10,249 bases of DNA from Ignavibacteria bacterium (GCA_041694835.1 JBGFRZ010000081.1:1-10249), one strand, 5' to 3'. Positions 1 through 7,512 are shown, numbered from the stretch's first letter. Numbers and translations: made by a program. Notes: generated by a model from the sequence alone, not told the origin.

Positions 1-45
1 TATCGCTCGTTTCTGCTCTTTGCTGAACTTTCTATAAGTACCCAT
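1..45 (-). CDS. IS3-family transposase OrfA, N-terminal fragment (truncated by window edge)
   Basis: ATG at 45-43 with AGGAGG at 58-53. Translates MGTYRKFSKEQKRAI, matching the 'R(K)FS.E.K' start of IS3 OrfA HTH proteins. Confidence 0.8.
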   Translation of the reverse strand, partial: MGTYRKFSKEQKRAI

Positions 46-96
46 ACAAGAGCCTCCTTATTTTAGGGTCTCTTGTCAACCATTATACTAAATCTG

Positions 97-121
97 TGTC
101 CAGTTTTTGGGGTACAGTCCA
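97..121 (-). repeat. Terminal inverted repeat (IRL) of the IS3-family element
   Basis: 25-bp TGGACTGTACCCCAAAAACTGGACA with the 5'-TG terminus typical of the IS3 family. The partner IR lies outside the window. Confidence 0.8.
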
Positions 122-122
122 A

Positions 123-152
123 CTTGTGCTCTTGTGCCCTGTGCTCTTGTGC
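123..152 (+). repeat. Short tandem repeat (CTTGTGCT-like 7/8-mers), copy 1
   Basis: CTTGTGCTCTTGTGC CCTGTGCTCTTGTGC: two 15-bp units with one mismatch. Confidence 0.85.
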
Positions 153-178
153 ACTATTAAACTGATAGGAGGAATTTT

Positions 179-340
179 ATGATAGTAGAAAAAAGTGAGT
201 TCAAAGGCCAGCCGATTATTGTCTTAAAAAGAAACGAGGAGGACAGGTATCCTTTTTCATTTGGGCTTTCAAAAGCCAAGATGATACTTGAAGCCATAGA
301 AGAAATCAAAAAATTTGTGGCGGAAAACGAACAGAAGTAG
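179..340 (+). CDS. Small 53-aa hypothetical protein, possibly PC4/YdbC-like nucleic-acid-binding fold
   Basis: AGGAGG RBS at 167-172, ATG at 179, TAG at 338-340. MIVEKSEFKGQPIIVLKRNEEDRYPFSFGLSKAKMILEAIEEIKKFVAENEQK. Too short for the ORF track. The fold call is inference from the EFKG.P..V strand pattern plus an amphipathic C-terminal helix. Confidence 0.85.
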   Translation: MIVEKSEFKGQPIIVLKRNEEDRYPFSFGLSKAKMILEAIEEIKKFVAENEQK

Positions 341-366
341 TTGCAAACATTGTTCTCTATAAGTGT

Positions 367-395
367 CTTGTGCTCTTGTGACCTGTGCCTTGTGG
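367..395 (+). repeat. Short tandem repeat (CTTGTGCT-like), copy 2
   Basis: CTTGTGCTCTTGTGACCTGTGCCTTGTGG aligns to 123-152 with 2 substitutions and 1 gap. Confidence 0.8.
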
Positions 396-682
396 AAAAT
401 TGGGACGCTTCACATTTTGCCGATTCAAAAATCTGATTTGCGAAGAGCGAACATTTTGTGAATTATGCCCCACCGCAGGGCGACCTTTTCTGATTTTTCT
501 ATCTTCTTTTATTTTCACTATAGAATTGATACGCCTTTACCGTCTAAAATCTGTATCCGCTACTTATGAAAACATCAGTAGTGCTCTGTGACAGAAGTTA
601 TTGATAGTAGCCGTCATTGCGAGAGCCGCTCAACATCAGGGGGGACAATTTTTGTAAATCCCCCTATGCGGGGCTTCCCGCC

Positions 683-761
683 AAATCCCCCCTTCCCCCC
701 TTTACAAAAGGTGGAATGCGTAGAGTGGTGCCCTTTATTAAAGGGGGATTGATGGGGATTT
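683..761. repeat. REP-like composite palindrome
   Basis: Left arm AAATCCCCCCTTCCCCCCTTTACAAAAGGTGG. Right arm reverse complement AAATCCCCATCAATCCCCCTTTAATAAAGGG. Each arm also holds an internal CCTTT-nnn-AAAGG hairpin. Confidence 0.7.
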
Positions 762-874
762 TCGTGCTCGTGGTTGCAGTGAGAGCAGGGTAGTATTATC
801 AAGGACTAACTTAACACAACAGCAGTATAACACGGATTGTCTCTTGTCGTCATAGGATAAAATCGGAGGAAAAA

Positions 875-2113
875 ATGAGATATATCAGCATTTTGGGAAT
901 GTTCGTGATGCTTTCAATCGCGTGGATTTTCAGCAAGAACAAAAAGGCGATTAACTACAAGACGGTGTTTATGGGGACGATACTCCAGATAATTTTCGCG
1001 GTAGTTGTTTTGAAATCGCCACCCGGCCGCGCTTTCTTCTCCTTTATGAACGATATAATAATAAAACTACTCACGTTCTCGGACGAAGGCTCTAAATTTC
1101 TTTTCGGAGGGCTGATAAACAATGAGTCGCTCGGGTTTATATTCGCTTTTCAGGTACTACCGACCATAATATTTTTCTCTTCGCTGATGTCGGTTTTTTA
1201 TTATCTCGGCGTTATGCAGTGGGTGGTAGTTTTTTTCGCAAAGATAATGGCTCGCTTTATGGGAACATCGGGAGCCGAGTCGCTCTCGGCAAGTGCAAAC
1301 ATTTTTGTCGGACAGACGGAAGCCCCGCTCGTAGTACGTCCCTATGTGGCTGATATGACCCAGTCGGAACTTCTATCCATTATGGCAGGCGGGATGGCAA
1401 CTATAGCGGGCGGTGTAATGGCGGCGTATGTAGGAATTTTGAAAGATTTTTTTCCTGATATCGCGGGACATCTGCTTGCGGCGTCTGTAATGTCCGCGCC
1501 CGCGGCGCTCGTAATGGCAAAAATAATATTGCCCGAAACCGAAGAGCCAAAAACCCGCGGGGTCGTTAAAATTCAATATCATACGACCGATGCGAATATA
1601 ATAGACGCCGCAGCGAACGGCGCGACCATGGGACTGAAACTCGCTTTGAATGTCGGGGCATGTCTGATCGCTTTTATGGCTCTCCTTGCTCTCGCAAACG
1701 CTCTTATTGGAGTGGCGGGTGGAATCATCGGAGTTTCCGATTTAAGTCTGGAGAGGATTTTCGGGTGGTTATTCTCGCCGTTGGCGTGGGCAATGGGCGT
1801 CCCCCGTAGCGACATTTTGAGTGTTGCAAACTTTATGGGCCAGAAGACGGTTTTGAACGAATTCGTGGCTTATTTCAACATGGCCAATTTTCTCAAATCA
1901 AATCCGGGCGGACTGAGCGAGCGCTCAATAATAATAGTGTCATACGCTTTGTGCGGTTTCTCGAATTTTCTTTCAATCGCCATTCAGATAGGGGGCATAG
2001 GCGGAATAGCTCCGTCGAGAAGGGCGGATCTCGCTCGACTCGGGCTTTACGCTGTGCTCGCCGGCTCACTGGCTTGCTTTATGACAGCGACCATTGCGGG
2101 ATTTCTTATTTAG
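875..2113 (+). CDS. nupC: Concentrative nucleoside transporter (CNT family, NupC/NupG-type)
   Basis: 412 aa, highly hydrophobic, with CNT motifs FAFQVLPTIIFFSSL, ESLSASANIFVGQTEAPL, GMATIAG, NEFVAY and YALCGFSNF. GGAGG RBS at 865-869. Confidence 0.95.
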   Translation: MRYISILGMFVMLSIAWIFSKNKKAINYKTVFMGTILQIIFAVVVLKSPPGRAFFSFMNDIIIKLLTFSDEGSKFLFGGLINNESLGFIFAFQVLPTIIFFSSLMSVFYYLGVMQWVVVFFAKIMARFMGTSGAESLSASANIFVGQTEAPLVVRPYVADMTQSELLSIMAGGMATIAGGVMAAYVGILKDFFPDIAGHLLAASVMSAPAALVMAKIILPETEEPKTRGVVKIQYHTTDANIIDAAANGATMGLKLALNVGACLIAFMALLALANALIGVAGGIIGVSDLSLERIFGWLFSPLAWAMGVPRSDILSVANFMGQKTVLNEFVAYFNMANFLKSNPGGLSERSIIIVSYALCGFSNFLSIAIQIGGIGGIAPSRRADLARLGLYAVLAGSLACFMTATIAGFLI

Positions 2114-2147
2114 GGTTCACCGACGATGCGCCAAAATTCACCATAGA

Positions 2148-2578
2148 TTTATTTTTGGACGCAGCTCAATGCCGATTTTGACAAGATTGACATATCTACC
2201 AAATCTGCGAAAATCTGCGTCCTAAAAAAATAATTGAACGCAGATGAACGCAGAAACAACTTTGATAAACACAGATTAAAGCAACTATAAACTCATCTGC
2301 GAAAGTCCGCATCCTATTTCTACTCCGCTTTTTTATTTTTGAACGCAGATAGACGCAGATGAAAAAAGATTTGAACCACGAAAGCGCAAAAACACGAAAA
2401 TACTTGTAAAGAATTTTGTGATTTCTGATTTTCGTGATTTCGTGGTAAAATTTTTAATCTGCGATAATCCTGTAAATCTGCGTCCTAAAAAATAATTGAA
2501 CGCAGATAAATACAAAAAACTGTGTTTGACCTTAAAGTAATCTGCGATAATCTTGTAAATCTGCGTCCTATTTCTACT
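2148..2578. repeat. Array of four imperfect inverted-repeat hairpins (GRACGCAGAT ... ATCTGCGTCC) arranged as two tandem two-hairpin modules
   Basis: Junction AAATCTGCGTCCT(A)6-7TAATTGAACGCAGAT at 2211-2245 and 2474-2507. A 33-mer at 2455-2487 and 2538-2570 with one mismatch. TCCTATTTCTACT at 2312-2324 and 2566-2578. TTTATTTTTGRACGCAG at 2148 and 2332. Confidence 0.9.
2375..2446. repeat. Second-type inverted repeat (CACGAAA/TTTCGTG) nested in the third hairpin
   Basis: ACCACGAAA (2375-2383) is the exact reverse complement of TTTCGTGGT (2438-2446). Inner CACGAAAA / TTTTCGTG copies are also present. Confidence 0.8.
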
Positions 2579-2747
2579 TCGTGGCAAGGTTTTTACATTA
2601 AGAATAGCAAAAAATCGTGCACTTTGAGCATTGTTTTTATAGTTTCAGTTGTTTAATTTCCGTCGTAGTTGCTTGAATTTTTAGCATTTTAGTCCCGCCT
2701 TGGCAAAACGCGGTTGTATTTTGTGCATTTGCATAAATCTAAAAACA

Positions 2748-4415
2748 ATGTCCCTTAAAAATAAAATAATACTCCTAATAACCGCTTCAATTATTCTCTC
2801 GGCGGGACTCGTCGCCGCTTTCGGCAACAGCGTTATTAAAAACTCGTTGATTCAAAGCCATTATATATCAGAAACCCAGGTTTTATCCGACGTATCAAAC
2901 AACATAATTTCCGTGATAGACAAAATATCCTCTTTTTCTCCGTCAGATAGCGTATATGAGACAAAAAAAATGATAACCGATTTGTTTCTAAGATACCATT
3001 TCCTTGAAAAATTTTCCTGCGTTGTCGTGGGCAAAAAAGCGGGCAAAAAAACAAGAATATCGGCGACCAGATTGCGGAGCGGAATATCTTTCGGCGTTCA
3101 CAAATCAAAAGATGCTCGCCGGACACAGGACAGCCGGATGGAAATCCTTTTCGAAAAAAATGGCAGGCCGTTCTTTGTCCATAGGCATGACAATATCAAA
3201 TTCCATTTAGACATATTAAAACTCTGGGAAGATGCAAAGACACCATCCCCAAATAAAAGTATATTTATCGCCGATAAGAAAGGTCAACTGATAGCCCATG
3301 AAGACGCCTCAAGGGTTCTGGCAAACTCCGATTTCTCGACACTTGATATCGTAAATGATTTCAAAAGAAATGAAAAACAGACAAAACCGCTGATATCACG
3401 CGACGAGAGGGGGGAAAGAGTCGTAGGCATATATATACCAATATTCGCTGAAGCAGCGGTTTTCTCAATGACACCATACGAGTCGGTCATAGCGCCTTCA
3501 ACGATGCTTTTAAAAAAAATTTCTTTTTATGTCTCGGCGTTAGTGGTCTGTCTTGTTTTTGTCGCTGTTTTATTCGCGAATAAAATAACGGTCCCGCTGA
3601 AGAATCTGGCGGAGGCGGCGAAAAAAGTCGCCAGCGGAAATCTTGAGTTTGAAACGCCTGATACAGTGTCCGGAGATGAGGTGGGAATTCTTTCCGAGAA
3701 CTTTAAATTCATGACGGATTCGCTCAAGAAACTACAGCAGCTCAGGGATGACCTCATCCACATGATAGTTCACGACCTGAAATCGCCTTTGAGTGCAATA
3801 ATCTCGTCTATCGAGTTTATGCAATCGCGCGGCGAAAATCTAAACGAAAAGCAGAAAAACCTTATTGGACTTTCATATACCGCTTCAAAAAATTTACTAA
3901 AACTCATTGATGATCTCCTGGACGTGGCCAAACTTGAGGAGGGGAAACTGAAGCTTAACAAGGAAAGTGTTGATTTGAAAAATTTCCTAGAAACCTGCGC
4001 AAAAACATTTGTACCTCAGGCAGAAAACGAAAGAAAGAGAATATCGCTAAACTGTCCTGACGGCATAACTCTGAAAGCCGACACATCCCTGATAAGAAGG
4101 GTTGTTATGAATCTTCTCTCAAATGCATTCAAGCACACTAAAGCGGAAATCGGAACCATCGGCATAACGGCCGAAGGCACTCCTGTTGGATGTAAAATCA
4201 AAGTTTCTGACAACGGCCGCGGCATCCCCGAGGAATACAGGGAAAAAATATTCGAAAAATTCGTCCAGATAGAGGGTAAACGTTCTCAGATTAGAAGCGG
4301 GGTGGGGCTGGGGCTTACATTCTCTAAAATGGTCGTCGAGGCTCATGGGGGGAAAATATCGGTGGAGAGCCGCCAGGGGGAAGGCAGTTCATTTATATTC
4401 ACCTTGCCCGATTGA
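2748..4415 (+). CDS. Membrane sensor histidine kinase (TM - Cache-like sensor - TM - HAMP - HisKA - HATPase_c)
   Basis: H-box IVHDLKSPL, N-box NLLSNAFKH, G1 DNGRGI, G2 GVGLGL; HAMP ITVPLKNLAEAAKKVASGNL...DEVG; Cache-like IFIADKKGQLIAH. ATG at 2748 (MSLKNKIILL) is preferred over the TTG at 2700 because it directly precedes TM1. Confidence 0.93.
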   Translation: MSLKNKIILLITASIILSAGLVAAFGNSVIKNSLIQSHYISETQVLSDVSNNIISVIDKISSFSPSDSVYETKKMITDLFLRYHFLEKFSCVVVGKKAGKKTRISATRLRSGISFGVHKSKDARRTQDSRMEILFEKNGRPFFVHRHDNIKFHLDILKLWEDAKTPSPNKSIFIADKKGQLIAHEDASRVLANSDFSTLDIVNDFKRNEKQTKPLISRDERGERVVGIYIPIFAEAAVFSMTPYESVIAPSTMLLKKISFYVSALVVCLVFVAVLFANKITVPLKNLAEAAKKVASGNLEFETPDTVSGDEVGILSENFKFMTDSLKKLQQLRDDLIHMIVHDLKSPLSAIISSIEFMQSRGENLNEKQKNLIGLSYTASKNLLKLIDDLLDVAKLEEGKLKLNKESVDLKNFLETCAKTFVPQAENERKRISLNCPDGITLKADTSLIRRVVMNLLSNAFKHTKAEIGTIGITAEGTPVGCKIKVSDNGRGIPEEYREKIFEKFVQIEGKRSQIRSGVGLGLTFSKMVVEAHGGKISVESRQGEGSSFIFTLPD

Positions 4416-4417
4416 TT

Positions 4418-4639
4418 ATGCACTTCTTCGGTAGTTGCCCTTACTGCGGTCTTAAATTCGGAAGAAAAATTACATTTTGTCCCCGATGTATGAAGCACAC
4501 AAAAGAGGATGAAGAGCCCTGTCGAAGAGAAATCGCGCGAAAATTTCATGTCTTAATGCCTATACTGTTGGTATCAATAGTCGGTCTTATAATAATAATC
4601 TTCCTCAGAGCGCAGAAAATGGGGCTCTCTTTATGGTAG
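4418..4639 (+). CDS. Small zinc-ribbon protein with C-terminal transmembrane helix
   Basis: CPYC-x10-CPRC followed by hydrophobic VLMPILLVSIVGLIIIIFL. ATG lies 2 bp after the kinase stop (alternative TTG at 4412). Confidence 0.7.
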   Translation: MHFFGSCPYCGLKFGRKITFCPRCMKHTKEDEEPCRREIARKFHVLMPILLVSIVGLIIIIFLRAQKMGLSLW

Positions 4640-4960
4640 TTAGATCTGAGCTTTCAGTTTCTCTTCTATAACGCCTTTTGACTGCAGTCCGATTACTTTG
4701 TCGACTAATTTGCCGTTTTTGAATATCAAAAGTGTTGGTATAGCCGTAATACCGTGCGTGGCGGATGTTTCGGGGTTTTCATCAACATTAATCTTGGCCA
4801 CTTTAGCACTGCCTTCAAAAATTTTTGCGATTTCCGATACAATCGGGGCTATCATTTTGCATGGACCGCACCATTCCGCCCAGAAATCGACAAGAACCGG
4901 GACGTTTGATTCCAAAACCTCCTTCTTGAAATTTGAGTCGTTTACAACAATCTCAGACAT
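4640..4960 (-). CDS. trxA: Thioredoxin
   Basis: VLVDFWAEWCGPCK active site and cis-Pro motif AIPTL. AGGAGG at 4970-4965 favours the ATG at 4960 (106 aa) over 4981. Confidence 0.96.
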   Translation of the reverse strand: MSEIVVNDSNFKKEVLESNVPVLVDFWAEWCGPCKMIAPIVSEIAKIFEGSAKVAKINVDENPETSATHGITAIPTLLIFKNGKLVDKVIGLQSKGVIEEKLKAQI

Positions 4961-5037
4961 AATACCTCCTTTCGCTTTCATTCCACCTTTTTATTCAACA
5001 CGCCAGGCCGATGTCGCATCTTAATTTTATTAAGACT

Positions 5038-5733
5038 TCAAAGAGACATAATTATTTTTCCAGCCAATCCAAGCATTATCGCCAGAGTGTAGTTTAAAAT
5101 AATGTGCACCCATGAAAAATTATATATCTTTTTTATCGCATAGTAAATACTTTTGAATATCCAAAGGATTATCATAAAAATCCACCAACTTCCGGGGAGA
5201 AGAAAAAGCGAAATTATGACCACCCTCTCTATGATTGAATAATATTTCAAATCCGTTCTTATGGCGGCGTAACCGAATATGTCTTTTTCTACATAGTATA
5301 TAAATATCGTCAGGAAATGCATTGCTATCGCATAAATAACCGCTATGACGACCCATCTCTCCGAAACTATGTTCGCCTCGAGCGGAGTAAATATGAATAT
5401 CATCGCAAAATGAATGAATTGATCCCACAAGAAAAAACCGAAAGTGTCCGGAGAATTAAAATTGTTTATGGTCCAGACGCGCCATGTGTCCTCAAGAAAG
5501 TGAAGTATGGTTAGTATGGCGAGGCACAACCAACCGTTAAGAGAATATGCCCCGAGTTCGACCCATTTCTCGGGAATTCTCTTGAAAGTGAGAGACGCTC
5601 CAACAGCAAAAAATATCGCGCTGTGAAATAATACTCCCCATACATTTTCGCGCTTCCATTTGGCGAGTCCATTCGTCTGAAGAGTGAAATCGCTTATGAG
5701 ATGAGCCAATATCAATCTCCAAAATATATCCAT
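5038..5733 (-). CDS. DUF3307-family integral membrane protein
   Basis: Motifs LAHLISDFTLQ, LFHSAI, ILHFLED and WDQFIH match the His/Asp pattern I recognise for DUF3307. Multiple TM segments. Confidence 0.8.
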   Translation of the reverse strand: MDIFWRLILAHLISDFTLQTNGLAKWKRENVWGVLFHSAIFFAVGASLTFKRIPEKWVELGAYSLNGWLCLAILTILHFLEDTWRVWTINNFNSPDTFGFFLWDQFIHFAMIFIFTPLEANIVSERWVVIAVIYAIAMHFLTIFIYYVEKDIFGYAAIRTDLKYYSIIERVVIISLFLLPGSWWIFMIILWIFKSIYYAIKKIYNFSWVHIILNYTLAIMLGLAGKIIMSL

Positions 5734-5754
5734 AATTTTTAGCCGTTGACGATG

Positions 5755-7512
5755 TTACTCTGGAACTATAACCGAATAAATTTTAACCGATTTCGCCTTG
5801 CCCTTCACCTTCACTTCTCCGAGAGATCTGGTTTCAACGAAATCTTTTACGGCATCGCGTGTTGATTCCGATATTATTATTTCCGTGTCGTACTCCTTGC
5901 TCAGAGTTTCAAGGCGTGAGGCGAGGTTCACATTGTCTCCTATGACGGTGTAGTCCATGCGCTCCGTCGAACCCATGTTTCCGACAACCATATCACCGGT
6001 ATTTATCCCTATTCCGATAGCTAATAATTCCTTGCCCTCTGACCTCCATTTTTTCTGCAAGCTTCGCAATGACCTTATCATGTCCATAGCGCAGTTAACC
6101 GCTTTTAACGGATGATCGTTCTGATGTACCGGCGCCCCCCAAAAAGCCATTACGGCGTCTCCTATGAATTTGTCGAGTGTGCCGTCGTGCCTGAAAACAA
6201 CCTTGACCATCTCACTTAAGTACTCATTTAAGACATAGACCACTTCTTCTGGTTTCAAATTTTCGGACATAGTCGTAAAACCCCTGATGTCGCTGAAAAG
6301 CACTGTTAGAAACTGCTTCTCTCCGCCAAGCTTCAGTCTTGCGGGGTCTCGCAGGATGTCTTCCATAACATGAGGGCTCAGGTAGTGTCCGAATGTTTTT
6401 TTGATGTGGAGCTTTTCTCTTTCTTCGGCGAAGAATCTATAGACGATGATAGCGAGATAGCAAAATAAAGCGGCCACGGCCGGAGATATAAAGTCGAAAG
6501 AGTAGTTAAACTTGAACAAAATATAGCTGAAGAAAAGATATCCGAATAATATAAATGCCGAAAATATGCTTCCCTGCCATGCGCTTAATTTCGCAAGAAA
6601 ATAACCGCTTGCGCCGCAAAATAATACTACTAACAAAAACGCGTAAAATCCCGAGACGGGTTTCAGGAAATTGCCTTGTATTATGTTAGAGATCGCGTTG
6701 GCGTGAATCTCGACCCCCGGAAATACGGGAGCAAACGGCACCGTCTTAAAGTCAAAAAGTCCGGCGGCGGTTCCACCGATAAGCACTATCCTGTCCTTTA
6801 GTTTTTCCTTCGGGACGGCTCCGCTCAAAACATCATAGTAACTTATATACTCAAACATCTCAAATCCGCCCCTGTAATTGACTATCATCTCGCCGTTTAT
6901 GTCCAGAGGCACTCCTCTTTCTTCAATGATTTTAGAAAAGTCTTTTTTGTAATATTGAGAAAGCCCCGCAAGCGATAGCGAAGGTATTTTTTTTTCTTCA
7001 AAATCAAGTATCACAGGAACACGACGGCAAACACCATCCATCTCAGGAAATATGTTTACGAAACCGACCGATGGGGAATCAAGTTTCTGACCTATCGGCA
7101 CAAGAAAATGTACCGGGCGACCTTCGGCCATCTGAAAAAAACCTCCGAGGACTGTCCTATGCGAATTTCTGACCGAAGCGACTAAAGCGAAGTCTGAAGC
7201 AGGACTCCCCCTGTCATACTCCGTGAAAAGGACATCAAAGATAATTGAAGCGGCGCCTTTTTTAATAAGGGTATCTATCAATCTTGCATGTATTCTCCTT
7301 GGCCATGGCCAGCGGCCAAGTTTTCCTATGGAGTTTTCGTCTATGGCGACTATTACTATATTCGTATCCTTTTCAAGTGGCCCCCTTATTTTGAATTTGA
7401 AATCGGACCAGATGTGTTGGAGCGAGAAAAATCCTCCCAAAAACCATATTGCGAGAATAAACAAACAAATAAACACGCTGATAAGCAGTGAAATTTTAAG
7501 TTTCTTGTCCAT
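5755..7512 (-). CDS. CHASE2-domain class III adenylate cyclase
   Basis: CHASE2 motifs IVIVAIDENSI, GRWPWPR, DGVCRR and PGVEIHANAI, then 3 TM helices. Catalytic motifs LFSDIRGFT, DKFIGDAVMA, GINTG and DYTVIGDNVNLASRLE. The Lys/Thr specificity residues indicate an ATP-using (class IIIb-type) enzyme. Confidence 0.95.
   Translation of the reverse strand: MDKKLKISLLISVFICLFILAIWFLGGFFSLQHIWSDFKFKIRGPLEKDTNIVIVAIDENSIGKLGRWPWPRRIHARLIDTLIKKGAASIIFDVLFTEYDRGSPASDFALVASVRNSHRTVLGGFFQMAEGRPVHFLVPIGQKLDSPSVGFVNIFPEMDGVCRRVPVILDFEEKKIPSLSLAGLSQYYKKDFSKIIEERGVPLDINGEMIVNYRGGFEMFEYISYYDVLSGAVPKEKLKDRIVLIGGTAAGLFDFKTVPFAPVFPGVEIHANAISNIIQGNFLKPVSGFYAFLLVVLFCGASGYFLAKLSAWQGSIFSAFILFGYLFFSYILFKFNYSFDFISPAVAALFCYLAIIVYRFFAEEREKLHIKKTFGHYLSPHVMEDILRDPARLKLGGEKQFLTVLFSDIRGFTTMSENLKPEEVVYVLNEYLSEMVKVVFRHDGTLDKFIGDAVMAFWGAPVHQNDHPLKAVNCAMDMIRSLRSLQKKWRSEGKELLAIGIGINTGDMVVGNMGSTERMDYTVIGDNVNLASRLETLSKEYDTEIIISESTRDAVKDFVETRSLGEVKVKGKAKSVKIYSVIVPE

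Larger units (their letters stand above)
1..121 (-). mobile_element. Left end of an IS3-family (IS150-like) insertion sequence; element continues beyond the window start
   Basis: The - strand from 121 reads TGGACTGTACCCCAAAAACTGGACA, resembling IS150-group ends (TG...CCCCAAAA..TGGACA). It is followed by TATAAT (87-82), an AGGAGG RBS and an OrfA-like start. Confidence 0.85.

Noticed and set aside
385-802. ORFs 385-591 (+) and 614-802 (-)
   Set aside because: Non-ATG starts, no RBS, and the sequences derive from repeats or palindromes (e.g. the KGGKGGFGG translation of the C-runs).
780-874. Purine riboswitch upstream of nupC
   Set aside because: GTATAA is present but the TATGG and TCTAC core motifs and the three-stem layout are absent.
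875-2113. Functional link between NupC and the cAMP cluster
   Set aside because: Opposite strands, separated by repeats and other genes; proximity is the only evidence.
2148-2578. CRISPR array
   Set aside because: Units alternate in orientation, interiors vary widely in length, repeats are not uniform, and no cas genes are in the window.
2333-2587. 84-aa ORF on the - strand
   Set aside because: Lies wholly within the hairpin array, with no RBS or recognisable domain.
2582-2596. Sigma-54 promoter TGGCAAGGTTTTTAC upstream of the kinase
   Set aside because: The -12 element is AC instead of the nearly invariant GC. The similar TGGCA at 2701 also lacks a correctly spaced GC.
2700-2747. N-terminal Cys-rich extension of the kinase from the TTG at 2700
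   Set aside because: No RBS, and the ATG at 2748 gives the typical short basic segment before TM1.
4698-5024. 108-aa + strand ORF, and the other short ORFs overlapping long genes
   Set aside because: Antisense or alternate-frame shadows of well-supported genes.
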